A stretch of 55,419 nt of DNA. It comes from a virus. Taxonomy: Duplodnaviria > Caudoviricetes. The notes beneath the pieces are model-generated. The model was not told the DNA's origin. It worked only from the letters and a program-made list of their open reading frames with translations, and searched no databases. A program made the position numbers and the translations under genes. Below are positions 44,987-53,899 of the stretch, piece after piece. Where the stretch lies: positions 1 to 55,419 of the IMG/VR virus record IMGVR_UViG_3300010397_000014. One strand, 5' to 3'. The stretch's first letter is position 1. Each line of letters starts with the position of its first letter.

Positions 44987-45111
44987 GGCTGGCACCTTTT
45001 CCACAGGTCGAACGCGGCTTTTGGCGTGCGCGCTACAGCCCAAAACAGCGGCGGCTGGCCGATAACCCCGCACAGCCACATCCCGCGATTCATCTTCAGG
45101 TGCGGTTTCAT
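44983..45111 (-). CDS. 42-aa protein (MKPHLKMNRGMWLC...TPKAAFDLW)
   Basis: ATGA and GTGA coupling at the two ends; not in the ORF track. Confidence 0.55.
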   Translation of the reverse strand: MKPHLKMNRGMWLCGVIGQPPLFWAVARTPKAAFDLWKRCQP

Positions 45112-45440
45112 GCGATTTCCACCTCAACGGACCAGCCCTGCATGCACCGCCGCTGGTCGTACTTCCACGTCACCAGCTTGCAGCGGTCGTCAATCCCGAG
45201 CCATTTGGCGATCTGGTCCCGAACACCCTTGCACGATCCCGGCAAGTTGTCGTCATCCAGGCCGTTGGACGGGCCTACGCGCGTCAGGCTGATCGTGCAG
45301 GGCAATGGGGGCGGCTTCTTGCCAGCGAGCGTCCATGCGGTCGTTTCGCGCTCCTTACGCACCCTTGCCGCGCGGGCTCTCCAGTGCTCGCGGACATTCA
45401 GGCCGCTGACGGTGCGAATGGGGACGGTAACGTTAATCAA
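45108..45440 (-). CDS. RusA-like resolvase/nuclease
   Basis: LDDDNL...KGVRDQIA..LGIDD; start uncertain (45440 or 45482). Confidence 0.65.
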   Translation of the reverse strand: MINVTVPIRTVSGLNVREHWRARAARVRKERETTAWTLAGKKPPPLPCTISLTRVGPSNGLDDDNLPGSCKGVRDQIAKWLGIDDRCKLVTWKYDQRRCMQGWSVEVEIA

Positions 45441-45492
45441 GCCTCCCCCTCCCAAGCCAGCCCGCCCCGGCACTTCGCACATTGGCTAAAAG

Positions 45493-45744
45493 TCACCGGG
45501 AGCCCGCATGCTTGGCAAGCCTCTGCGCTTCCCACGCCAGCCGCTTTGCAACAGTGGCCGGGCTGGCTATTTGGTGCTGTAAGCAATGAAAGTACGGCGC
45601 CTTGAATTCCCAGCTCGGGCGGATCAGACACAGGCAGTACCCTTGCTCGGCCATCGGCCCCGAGGTGCTCACGCTCCACCGCACACACGTCAGGCAGGTT
45701 GAGCATTGCCCGGGTGGCGGTGAGGATTTTTCGGGTGAGGTCAT
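45493..45744 (-). CDS. Cys-rich hypothetical protein
   Basis: ATGA overlap; CLTC...GYC...HC. Confidence 0.5.
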   Translation of the reverse strand: MTSPEKSSPPPGQCSTCLTCVRWSVSTSGPMAEQGYCLCLIRPSWEFKAPYFHCLQHQIASPATVAKRLAWEAQRLAKHAGSR

Positions 45745-46238
45745 TCATCGGACTTCGCGTGATAGCGCTCATGGCATGGACGGCACAGGGAAAGCAACTG
45801 GAACGCCAGTTCTGCGCCGAAGTTCTGATACGTGACGTGGTGGACTTCGGTCGCTTTTGCCGTCAGGCATCCCTGACACAGGTACTTGTCGCGCTCGAGC
45901 ACCTTGGTGCGCAGATCAGCCCATTCCTGGCTCGCCATGTAGCCGTGATAGCTGTCCCACCAGCGGGCGCTTTCTGCTTCCTGCGCGGCTAGGCGCACCG
46001 CCGTGCGGCGTTCCCGGTCCCGACGCGTCAGTTCCTCATCGAATGGGGCAACCGCGCCGAGTTGCTTGACAGGATTTCCAACCGACTCGCCGCAGTCAAG
46101 GCACTGACGCACAAACTGCTTTGATCCGCCGCGGATAGTTCGCTCGCGCACTTCGGTGCGCAGGCATTGGCACGGCGCCGGCATCGCATCAACGCCCGCC
46201 TGCCGGGCGGCTTGTTCGACCAGCTTCTTGAAGCTCAT
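45741..46238 (-). CDS. HNH endonuclease
   Basis: VLERDKYLCQGC...EVHHVTY...LCRPCH. Confidence 0.85.
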   Translation of the reverse strand: MSFKKLVEQAARQAGVDAMPAPCQCLRTEVRERTIRGGSKQFVRQCLDCGESVGNPVKQLGAVAPFDEELTRRDRERRTAVRLAAQEAESARWWDSYHGYMASQEWADLRTKVLERDKYLCQGCLTAKATEVHHVTYQNFGAELAFQLLSLCRPCHERYHAKSDE

Positions 46239-47659
46239 GACTGCATCCCTTTGTGTTTCGTTTCGGCCTTCTGCTTCACTGGCGCCGGCCCAGCCCAGCT
46301 CGAGAATCGCGTCTGCTCGCCGATGTAGGACAGGTCCAGATACCCGCAGCGCCCCTGCCGGTTTTTGGCTACGCTGACCTTGGCGTAGTGCTTCCACTCG
46401 AGCCCAAGCTCCGGGTTCGCCATGACCGGGCGCTTGATGAAAATGATCACGTCCGCGTCCTGCTCGATTTCGCCGGAGTCGCGCAAATCGCTCATTTGCG
46501 GCATCTGGTCAACCCGTTCCTCGGCCTTGCGATTGAGTTGCGCCAAGCACAGGACGCAGATTTGCAGTTCCTTGGCCAGCGCCTTCAGGCCGCGGCTGAT
46601 CTCGCCAAGCTGGGTGTTGCGGTTGTCCTTCGGATTGAGCCCGGTCATTAGACCGATGTAGTCCAGAACCAGCACGTCCATCCCGGTCTTGCGCTTGGCG
46701 TTGCGCGCTTTGCTGCGGACCTGATTGATGGTCAGCGCGCCCTGGTCGGATACCTGCATGCGCAGGTACTTGGCTTTTTCGGTGCCATCGCAAACCCGCG
46801 TCCAGTCCAAGCCTTCGCCGCGCGCCGGCCGCTTGACCTCGGACAGCGAAACGCCGCCGAGCATGGCCGTCAGGCGGTCGTTAACCTCCATGTGGCTCAT
46901 TTCCATCGAAAGCACCGACACGGGCCGCTCTGCCGCCATGTTCACACCGATGGTCAGCCCAAGGGCAGTCTTCCCCATGCTCGGGCGGGCGCCGACGATG
47001 ACCAACTCCCCCGGGCGCAATCCGCCCTCGAGGTATTCGTCCAGGTCCGGGAGGTGGGTCGGCCAGGCGGTCAGTTCTCCGGCGTGCCGGCGCTCGAGGA
47101 TCTGGCTGTGATTGACCATGCCGTCATAGGCGCTTACCCAATCGTCATCCGCGCCCCGGTTTTGGCTCAGCCCGATCGCCAGAATCTTCCGCTCGGCCTC
47201 GTCCAGAACCTGCGCTATGGTGTTGCCTTCGGTGCTGAATGCCGCCGCAGCGATCTCGTCGCTGGCAGTCACCAGCTTGCGGAGAATGGCCCGCTCGCGC
47301 ACGATTTCGGCGTAGCGGCGGATGCTTCCCGTCCCGGACACAAACTGCGCCAGCGATGCGAGGTAGCCCAGACCTCCCGCCTCGTTGGCTTTCCCGGTCT
47401 TTTCCAGCTCATCGAACACCGTCACCACATCGGCGGGCTTGCCGGCGCCGATCATTCGGACAATCGCCGTGAAAATCAGCCGATGCTCGAGCCGGTAAAA
47501 ATCGCCTTCGGTCAACAGGTCGACAACCCGGTCCCATGCGCCGTTGTCCAGCAGCAGGGCTCCCAGCACGCTTGATTCCGACTCGATGGAGTGCGGCGGG
47601 ATGCGCAGTTGGGCAATGCCGTCCATGAAGCCTTCGGGCTCGAGCAGCACGGCGCTCAT
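46235..47659 (-). CDS. dnaB: replicative DNA helicase
   Basis: PPHSIESE, GARPSMGKT, SMEM, DYIGL, AQLNR, DLRDSGEIEQDAD, KNRQG. Confidence 0.97.
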   Translation of the reverse strand: MSAVLLEPEGFMDGIAQLRIPPHSIESESSVLGALLLDNGAWDRVVDLLTEGDFYRLEHRLIFTAIVRMIGAGKPADVVTVFDELEKTGKANEAGGLGYLASLAQFVSGTGSIRRYAEIVRERAILRKLVTASDEIAAAAFSTEGNTIAQVLDEAERKILAIGLSQNRGADDDWVSAYDGMVNHSQILERRHAGELTAWPTHLPDLDEYLEGGLRPGELVIVGARPSMGKTALGLTIGVNMAAERPVSVLSMEMSHMEVNDRLTAMLGGVSLSEVKRPARGEGLDWTRVCDGTEKAKYLRMQVSDQGALTINQVRSKARNAKRKTGMDVLVLDYIGLMTGLNPKDNRNTQLGEISRGLKALAKELQICVLCLAQLNRKAEERVDQMPQMSDLRDSGEIEQDADVIIFIKRPVMANPELGLEWKHYAKVSVAKNRQGRCGYLDLSYIGEQTRFSSWAGPAPVKQKAETKHKGMQS

Positions 47660-48468
47660 GCAGCCGCCTTGTTTTCGTAATTACCCTGGACGACCTTCTC
47701 AAAGTTCGCGGCCTTGACCAGCCATTGCAGCGAACAAGTGAAGTCCCCGCGCCGGCCCATCAGGAAATCACTCCCGGAGACGTAGGTGAAAAACCTGCGG
47801 AACCAGTCCACCCCCTCGTCTCGGCTTGTGGCGTACCTCGCCCCGCTTCGCTTCTTTGCCGTCAGCACCCATCGCCACCGTGCCCGCAAGTACTCGGCGC
47901 TCTTGCCGTCCCACATTTCTGGCTTCGGCTGCGGCAGCTCCGGCAGGACTTGCCCGAAAAGGTCGATCAATGCCACATGCGGGCAATCGGGCAAGGCCGA
48001 CTTGTCGGCCGCAGAAGGTACGTCAGTACCTTCTTGTGAATACTGGCTATTGGCTACTGGCTTATGGCTTGGGTTCGATTCGGTTTCCGCCGATGAAACT
48101 AACCGCAAACCGTTTGGGTTATCTGGAATAACCGAATCGGTTATTAGAGTTGGTCTACCTCCGAGCTTCCCAAGTTCTTGATTTGCTTGTCCTTTTTCCT
48201 GTTTTTTGGCTATCTCTTCATCACACCTAATTTGATGAAAACCGTTTTCGGCCAAGTGAAAAAATTCTTTGAGAATATTTGAGACTGCGTTTTTCTCCGC
48301 GAGTTTTGTTGCGCCGCACAAGCGAAAAACAGCAGAAAGATCAGCCGGCAAGGGCTTCTCTGAACCGTAGTAAACGTCAAGCAGCACGGCATAGACTCCA
48401 TGCTCGAGCAGGCTCAAATGGCGGGTTGCCGCGGCGTAGTCGCCGATGTGCCGTTTGTAGTAATTCAC
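47656..48468 (-). CDS. replication initiator, YdaU/DUF1376 family
   Basis: GTG-NYYKRHIGDY...LSLLEHGVY..LLD.YY..EKP; C-terminal WLVKAANFEKVVQGNY. Confidence 0.88.
   Translation of the reverse strand: MNYYKRHIGDYAAATRHLSLLEHGVYAVLLDVYYGSEKPLPADLSAVFRLCGATKLAEKNAVSNILKEFFHLAENGFHQIRCDEEIAKKQEKGQANQELGKLGGRPTLITDSVIPDNPNGLRLVSSAETESNPSHKPVANSQYSQEGTDVPSAADKSALPDCPHVALIDLFGQVLPELPQPKPEMWDGKSAEYLRARWRWVLTAKKRSGARYATSRDEGVDWFRRFFTYVSGSDFLMGRRGDFTCSLQWLVKAANFEKVVQGNYENKAAA
48068..48350. promoter_or_regulatory. putative replication origin (iterons plus AT-rich tract) inside the initiator gene
   Basis: Palindrome AATAACCGA-A-TCGGTTATT at 48127-48145, related AAACCGTTTGGGTTA and TTCGGTTT, adjacent AT-rich stretch. 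Confidence 0.6.
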
Positions 48469-48656
48469 CCAAGCTGCCTCTTTCCCAACCGTTCCCGGAT
48501 TTCTTCGTTGAGGTAGTCCACCAGCCAGCCCCGATGCGCCGGCCATTTGTCGCCGTGCTTTTTCTCGAGGTGGGTCATTTGCCGGGCGAACCATGCGCGC
48601 GTCTGCGGCAGCAGGTCTGCCGGGATGCCGCGCTCGTCCAGCGTCGGAGTTGTCAT
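48465..48656 (-). CDS. hypothetical protein
   Basis: Coupled at both ends. Confidence 0.6.
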   Translation of the reverse strand: MTTPTLDERGIPADLLPQTRAWFARQMTHLEKKHGDKWPAHRGWLVDYLNEEIRERLGKRQLG

Positions 48657-49021
48657 GCCATCCCCGAGATGCGCCGCCGCACCGCGGCCGGGTTGACTAC
48701 CGCATCGGTCCAGCGGCCGTCAAAGCAAAGCTCGTCCAGCTTCTCCGCGGCCTGGCGCTCGCGCTGGGCGTCCTGGCGGGCCTTGATGGCGTCGTTCATG
48801 GCGAACTGCCAGCGCAGGGCCTCGGCCTCGTCTGAGCGGCTATGCGAGCCCCTGTGACGGGCTCTGGCAAGCTGCATCAGCAGGCGGCAGGATTCGATGT
48901 GCTTGACGTGCTCGGCGTCTGTCAAGGGCTCGACGCTATCCAGTTCCCTGTGTTCGCAGGGTTTGCCGGGTGAAACCGTTTGCCGCTGAGCAGAGAGTCG
49001 GGGTGGGGTTTGGGTGTTCAT
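48653..49021 (-). CDS. hypothetical protein
   Basis: ATGA coupling. Confidence 0.55.
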   Translation of the reverse strand: MNTQTPPRLSAQRQTVSPGKPCEHRELDSVEPLTDAEHVKHIESCRLLMQLARARHRGSHSRSDEAEALRWQFAMNDAIKARQDAQRERQAAEKLDELCFDGRWTDAVVNPAAVRRRISGMA

Positions 49022-49033
49022 GGCGTGCCCCGG

Positions 49034-50038
49034 TCAGATGTCGGCTTCGGCTGGTTCAAGCACCATTTCGAGGTTCTGCTTGTCGAACCGATAGCCGGCG
49101 GCGCCAGCCTCGACGTTCTTGACCGCTTGCCGGAAGTAGCTGGGTTTCAATTCCGCACCGACAGCCTTGCGCCCAAGCAGCACCGGGATATAGACCTCGG
49201 AGCCGACGCCAGCGAACGGGGAGAACACGACCTCACCGGGGTTGCTGCGCAGCATGACGAAGCGCTCGATTACGTCCAACTGCAGCGGGTGGACGTGTTT
49301 CTCGTCCTCGCTGTCGCGCGCCTCCCGATACGGCAGCACGCGATCAAACCGGATGTCATCCCACATCGAATCGGCGTACTGTCTCCAGATCCAATGCGAG
49401 AAGCGGTTTTCGATCTGGTTGCCGGTCCAGCCGCGATACCGGATCACATCTGCGGGCGGCATGCGCTCGCCGGCATACTCCAGCATTCCAATGGGGTGGC
49501 GCACCGGTACCGGGTTCTTTCCCTTGCGCCGGAACAGCAGCAGGTAGTCCCCTGAGGCAATGCCGCAGTCGATGGAGTCGGCCACAAGGGACGCATGCGC
49601 CAGGTTCTTTTGCATTGTGCGCAGGCGAACCTCAAGCGGCTCTTTCCAGATCATGTGCCGGCCGGCGTACTCGAAGCCTTCGCGCTCGTGCAACTTGATG
49701 ATGTCGCCTGGAAAGTCGATATAACTGTCGGTGCCGCTGTTGCTGCGCGGGATGTCCATGCAGTGCACCGCCGACAGGCGCCCCGGCATGGTGATGCGGG
49801 CCAGCTCGCGCACGATGAAGGTGTACTGCTTGAAAAAGCCTTCGTAGCTGTCGCAGTTGGACAGGTCGCGCGGGTCGCTGCTGTAGACGTACAGCCCGCC
49901 CACGCCAGCCGAGGCGAACGGGGGCGAGTAGATTGACGCATGCACGCTGCCCGTGGGCAGGCCGCCCATGACGCTCATGCAATCGGCGTTATAAAGCGCG
50001 TACTTCTCGGTGATGACTTGATCCGCTACCGTAGCCAT
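49034..50038 (-). CDS. DNA methyltransferase (N4-C/N6-A type)
   Basis: YSPPF catalytic motif; SPFAGVGS SAM motif; HVHPLQLD. Confidence 0.9.
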   Translation of the reverse strand: MATVADQVITEKYALYNADCMSVMGGLPTGSVHASIYSPPFASAGVGGLYVYSSDPRDLSNCDSYEGFFKQYTFIVRELARITMPGRLSAVHCMDIPRSNSGTDSYIDFPGDIIKLHEREGFEYAGRHMIWKEPLEVRLRTMQKNLAHASLVADSIDCGIASGDYLLLFRRKGKNPVPVRHPIGMLEYAGERMPPADVIRYRGWTGNQIENRFSHWIWRQYADSMWDDIRFDRVLPYREARDSEDEKHVHPLQLDVIERFVMLRSNPGEVVFSPFAGVGSEVYIPVLLGRKAVGAELKPSYFRQAVKNVEAGAAGYRFDKQNLEMVLEPAEADI

Positions 50039-51396
50039 TGCGGGCACTCCATTGGATTTGTGTGGTGGTTGACGCGCGCAATTCCTTGGGCGTCGTTCAT
50101 GTGCTGGATCAGCCGCGAAAACATCTCGTCGGCCTGCTTGGCTTTGCGCTGCAGGTTCCTGATGATTTCCTGCTGCCCTTCGGTGGTCACGGTGTCAACG
50201 CGCACCGGTCGCTTTTGCCCGAAGCGCCAGCAACGGCGCACGCCCTGGTAGCGCTGCTCGAACGAGTGCGAGGGGAAGTCAACGATGTGCGCGCAGTGCT
50301 GAAAATTCAGGCCCCATGCGCCTATCTTTTTCTTTGTGACGAGAACGCGGGCCTTGCCGTCCACGAACGCCAGCAGCTTTTCTTCTTTTTCCTCTGCGCT
50401 GTCTGAACCGCTGACCTGGACGCAATCGGGAATCATCTGCTCCAGCTCGTCGCCCTCGTCATTCAGGTCGCACCAGACCAGCGCGGGCTGGCCGGTGGGG
50501 TTCACTAGCTTGGCGACGGCCTCGCAGCGTTCCTGCACGGTGCGGCGCCGCTCTTCGCGCTGCTCTTTCAGGCCCACGGCCGGCAGTTCAAACAGCATGC
50601 CTTCGGCCAGCGTATTGGCCTTGATCAGCGTTTCGCGTTCGATCAGTTCCGGCAGGATGAATGCACGGTCCTGAAACCCCATGTCTGAGGGCTTGCGAAT
50701 CGCGTGCATCCACGAGCAGACCCATTGCCAGAACGGAACCTCGGCGTGCCCCTTCAGGCGCCACTTGATCACTTCCCCGCGCATGCGGCCCGTCGCCGAG
50801 TTGTTCAGATCGTTCTTGAAGAAGCGATTGAGCATGTCCATGTGGCCCAGGTAGCCCAAGGCCTCGGACGAGGTTCCAAGCTCAACGTAATCGTTCGGCG
50901 CGGCCGTCGCCGTCTCCAGCAGGCGGTACTCCACCTTGCGCATGAACTGCGTCACTTCGCCGCGGGTAGCGCCAGCAAAGGATTTGATGATTGAGCTTTC
51001 GCCGCACACCACGCCGCCGAAGTCGCCGGGGGTGAACAGGTGCAGGCGCTCATAGTTGGTCACGATGATGTGGCCCTTGCTGGAGCCGTCGCGCGAGATG
51101 CGGGCCTCGACGCCGAACTTGTCGGCCTCACGCACGATCTGCGGGCCGACCGCGCAGGGATTGAGGTACAGCACGGGCTTGCCGGTCTTGCGCGCCACGT
51201 TGGACGCCCACACCAGCGACATTGGGGTCTTGCCCAGGCCGCAGTCAGCGATGTTCGCCGCGCGCCCCTTGCGGATGGCCCATTCGGTCTTGACCGCCTG
51301 AAAGTCAAAGAGGAAATCCGGCATCCACAGCGGCTCAAACCCGTCTTGCGCGCCGGCCTGCGACTTGGACGCAAGGAATGACTCGTAGGTGTTCAT
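50026..51396 (-). CDS. SNF2-like helicase
   Basis: CGLGKT, TNYERL, TATAAPN, GLNFQ, RRCWRFGQ. Confidence 0.88.
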   Translation of the reverse strand: MNTYESFLASKSQAGAQDGFEPLWMPDFLFDFQAVKTEWAIRKGRAANIADCGLGKTPMSLVWASNVARKTGKPVLYLNPCAVGPQIVREADKFGVEARISRDGSSKGHIIVTNYERLHLFTPGDFGGVVCGESSIIKSFAGATRGEVTQFMRKVEYRLLETATAAPNDYVELGTSSEALGYLGHMDMLNRFFKNDLNNSATGRMRGEVIKWRLKGHAEVPFWQWVCSWMHAIRKPSDMGFQDRAFILPELIERETLIKANTLAEGMLFELPAVGLKEQREERRRTVQERCEAVAKLVNPTGQPALVWCDLNDEGDELEQMIPDCVQVSGSDSAEEKEEKLLAFVDGKARVLVTKKKIGAWGLNFQHCAHIVDFPSHSFEQRYQGVRRCWRFGQKRPVRVDTVTTEGQQEIIRNLQRKAKQADEMFSRLIQHMNDAQGIARVNHHTNPMECPQWLR

Positions 51397-51451
51397 CCCT
51401 GCCGTCCCCTGCGCCCCAGCCCCTTGAAGATGGCGCGGTCAGCGTTGTGCT

Positions 51452-51790
51452 TCATGCGGTCAAGCTCCGGTATTGCTTATGGCTTTCCCCGCCCTCGCGT
51501 ATGTTCCAGCGCGTTCCGGTGTAGGGCTCGCGCATCGAAGCCGCGCAGATCAGCACCGCAGGCACGATCTGAGGCAGGCTGTCCAAGTAGCAGCGCCCGT
51601 CCTCGGTGATGGTGTACGGCTCCCGATGCGTTTGCGGCTCGGTGACGAAGCCTGCTTCTACGAAGTGATCCAGCCATCCATGCACGGTCGCCGGGGCGCA
51701 GCTTTCAAGGCCACCCGTCATGTCGTGCAGACGGCGCGGGGCGTGGGCGATTGAGCGCAGGAGTTCGAGCTGGCGCGTGTTGAGTTTCAC
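51452..51790 (-). CDS. hypothetical winged-helix protein
   Basis: EAGFV...YTITEDGR. Confidence 0.6.
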   Translation of the reverse strand: MKLNTRQLELLRSIAHAPRRLHDMTGGLESCAPATVHGWLDHFVEAGFVTEPQTHREPYTITEDGRCYLDSLPQIVPAVLICAASMREPYTGTRWNIREGGESHKQYRSLTA

Positions 51791-52122
51791 GGCATCGCCC
51801 TCCCGATTTCAGCGGCTGCGCGGACAATGGCGCGACGAGTGGCGGCTTCTTTCCCGCTGCCCTCATGCACTTCGATGCAATAGAGGATTCGATTCAGGAC
51901 CGCATAGCCAGCGTGGGCGCAAGACAACTCGTTGTTCACGCCCTGGTAAATCTCAAGGTCCAGCTTTACGGCCAGCCGCAAGGCGTCGGCATCGTTGTCC
52001 AGCGGGTTCCACAGCCTCGGGACGACTCCGCCTGTTTCAACGCCCATGCCAAGCGATGCGTACCACTCAGCGCCGTTCCCGGCCGCCTTTGCCGCCAGTT
52101 CAAGCAATTCGCGGTCGGTCAT
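51787..52122 (-). CDS. conserved phage protein
   Basis: MTDRELLELAAKAAG...WNPL..DADALRLAVKL...ATRRAIVRAAAEIG. Confidence 0.8.
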   Translation of the reverse strand: MTDRELLELAAKAAGNGAEWYASLGMGVETGGVVPRLWNPLDNDADALRLAVKLDLEIYQGVNNELSCAHAGYAVLNRILYCIEVHEGSGKEAATRRAIVRAAAEIGRAMP

Positions 52123-52409
52123 ATCGCGCGCTCCACCGGAGAGGGAGCCGGCCGTTTCATGCCTTTGACGTTGCCCAATCTGGAGTTGGCAAGTTTCAGT
52201 TCGCGTCGGCAGTGATCCACGTATGTTTCCGCATCATCCAAAAGGTGTGCGTGCGCCTGCTCCCACGTGTCGAAATAGCAGCGCCATTCGGACTGCTTTT
52301 TGACTCTGCGACCGCCAATCCAAACGGAGTTGTCTGTCTCGCGCTCGACTGTCTCCATCGTGATTTGCAGCCTGTTGTAGCGCGCGATGTAGAACTTGGT
52401 CAGGCTCAT
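52119..52409 (-). CDS. hypothetical protein
   Basis: VERETDNSVW...YFDTWEQA. Confidence 0.7.
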   Translation of the reverse strand: MSLTKFYIARYNRLQITMETVERETDNSVWIGGRRVKKQSEWRCYFDTWEQAHAHLLDDAETYVDHCRRELKLANSRLGNVKGMKRPAPSPVERAI

Positions 52410-52792
52410 GCAACACTCCTGATGCCACCGCGCGCCTTCAGGTGCTCGATTGCCTTCATAGCGCGTTCCATCGTGTTGGCCGCGCCGCTGATCACTTCGA
52501 CCAGCTTCACCGCTTCATCCTCTGGCGCCTTGCGATCCGGCCGCGCGTGCAGCGTTTCATCGCAGGCGTGCATCAGCGGGTCGTACTGCTCGCAGTAGTT
52601 CATCAGGCGGATGACTTGCCCGAACGTAAGGCGCTGGTCCCCGGTGGGGCTGCAACACGTCTTGAGCTTGGCGTAGGCGCTCTCGGCCTTCATGTCGGGA
52701 AACATGAACGAGGCCACGTCGCCAAACTTCTTTCCGCTCTCGCCTATGGCCGTTGCGATCGCATCGAATTCATCGTCGTAAAAAAGCTTCAC
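52406..52792 (-). CDS. CII-position regulatory protein
   Basis: GGAGG RBS; located downstream of cro; helical. Confidence 0.65.
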   Translation of the reverse strand: MKLFYDDEFDAIATAIGESGKKFGDVASFMFPDMKAESAYAKLKTCCSPTGDQRLTFGQVIRLMNYCEQYDPLMHACDETLHARPDRKAPEDEAVKLVEVISGAANTMERAMKAIEHLKARGGIRSVA

Positions 52793-53018
52793 CTGATGCC
52801 TCCGTAATTTCTATGGGTGTTTAGGGGAGACTCGCGGGGCAAAAAAAGAGACAGTTCGTCGCATGACGAACCACACGAAGAAAAACGCCCCGCGCTGCGT
52901 TGTCAGCGGGGGCAAAGCACGCGCCTATTGCGGAGCGCGTGCGAGGAGAACTCATACGGGAGCTCGGCTGTACAAGCCGAACGAGACCGGGGGTATGTGC
53001 GGGGGTGGGCATGGCCGG

Positions 53019-53540
53019 TTAGGCCGAAGCCTGCGCAGTGATCGCGGGACCGTAGATTTCCTCGTACGTGACGAGGTGCCCGAGATCGGCGGCGTAGACG
53101 ATCAGTCTTTTCGCCGCGTCAGGAGGAATGGTCTGACCGCGCTCGTAGTGGCCCACGTTGCCTTGGGTGCAGCCCATGCCATCAGCCAATGCGGTTTGCG
53201 TGACGCCGAGGCGCTCGCGAATTACCCTGATACTGCTTATGGCGCTCGACGCCAGTTGCGTTGCGCACTGCTCGGCCCACTTGCAAACCTCATCGAAGTT
53301 GAGCCCGTCGAACCATTCGTTTTTGTTGCGACCCGATGCGGCAGCGGCGCACAACTCAATCAGCGCGGACTCAGCCGACAGGACGTGCGCGGCACATTCG
53401 ACCGTGTGCGATTCGTTCAGCAGGATTCCGAGACAGGAAACCCGCTCTTCGTGCTGCGCGATGCGCGAGGATGGGTCGCTGCTGCGGCCCACCTTCACGA
53501 AGCCATTGGAGAACCCGCAGACGTAGAGGAATTGGGGCAT
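53019..53540 (-). CDS. GIY-YIG (T5orf172-like) domain fused to a Cro/XRE HTH
   Basis: FLYV...VKVGRSSDP..RI...E..L...EWF, then IRVIRERLGVTQTALADGMGCTQGNVGHYERG. Confidence 0.8.
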   Translation of the reverse strand: MPQFLYVCGFSNGFVKVGRSSDPSSRIAQHEERVSCLGILLNESHTVECAAHVLSAESALIELCAAAASGRNKNEWFDGLNFDEVCKWAEQCATQLASSAISSIRVIRERLGVTQTALADGMGCTQGNVGHYERGQTIPPDAAKRLIVYAADLGHLVTYEEIYGPAITAQASA

Positions 53541-53546
53541 GGCGAC

Positions 53547-53819
53547 TCAGGCCGCTTTGCGATGTGCTTGTTTGCTGTCGGAAGCCGTGACGAGGCGAAG
53601 GTAGGCCCAGTCAACATCGGGGCGCATTTCCTCGCACTTCATCGCGCCCTCGAGCGCACGCTCAATGGAGGGGCAATACTCTGCGGGGATGCGGTTGCGC
53701 GTCCACGATTGAACCGTCTGGTAGCGGTCGATCTCGAGTTTGCGGGCCGCCTGTATTGGGCCGCCAAGCAGATTGACTGCATGCTGGGCGGCTTTGGCTG
53801 GGTCGAATTTGGCCGGCAT
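53547..53819 (-). CDS. cro: Cro-like repressor (YdaS family)
   Basis: GGPIQAARKL...QTVQSW...IPAEYCPSIERA...EEMRPDVDWAYLR; divergent from the repressor. Confidence 0.85.
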   Translation of the reverse strand: MPAKFDPAKAAQHAVNLLGGPIQAARKLEIDRYQTVQSWTRNRIPAEYCPSIERALEGAMKCEEMRPDVDWAYLRLVTASDSKQAHRKAA

Positions 53820-53830
53820 CGTTTCCTCTA

Positions 53831-53861
53831 CTAGATTTCCTAGTGATGCTAGACCATCTTG
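53831..53861. promoter_or_regulatory. operator array between cro and repressor: CTAG/CTTG every 9 bp
   Basis: CTAG at 53831, 53840, 53849; CTTG at 53858. Confidence 0.65.
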
Positions 53862-53899
53862 TATTGGATTGCAAGCCTCCGGGTGAAATATTCCTGGGG

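Noticed and set aside
45437-45772. Alternative 111-aa ORF overlapping 45493-45744
   Set aside because: The shorter frame has ATGA coupling and a more protein-like Cys/Trp pattern; not fully excluded
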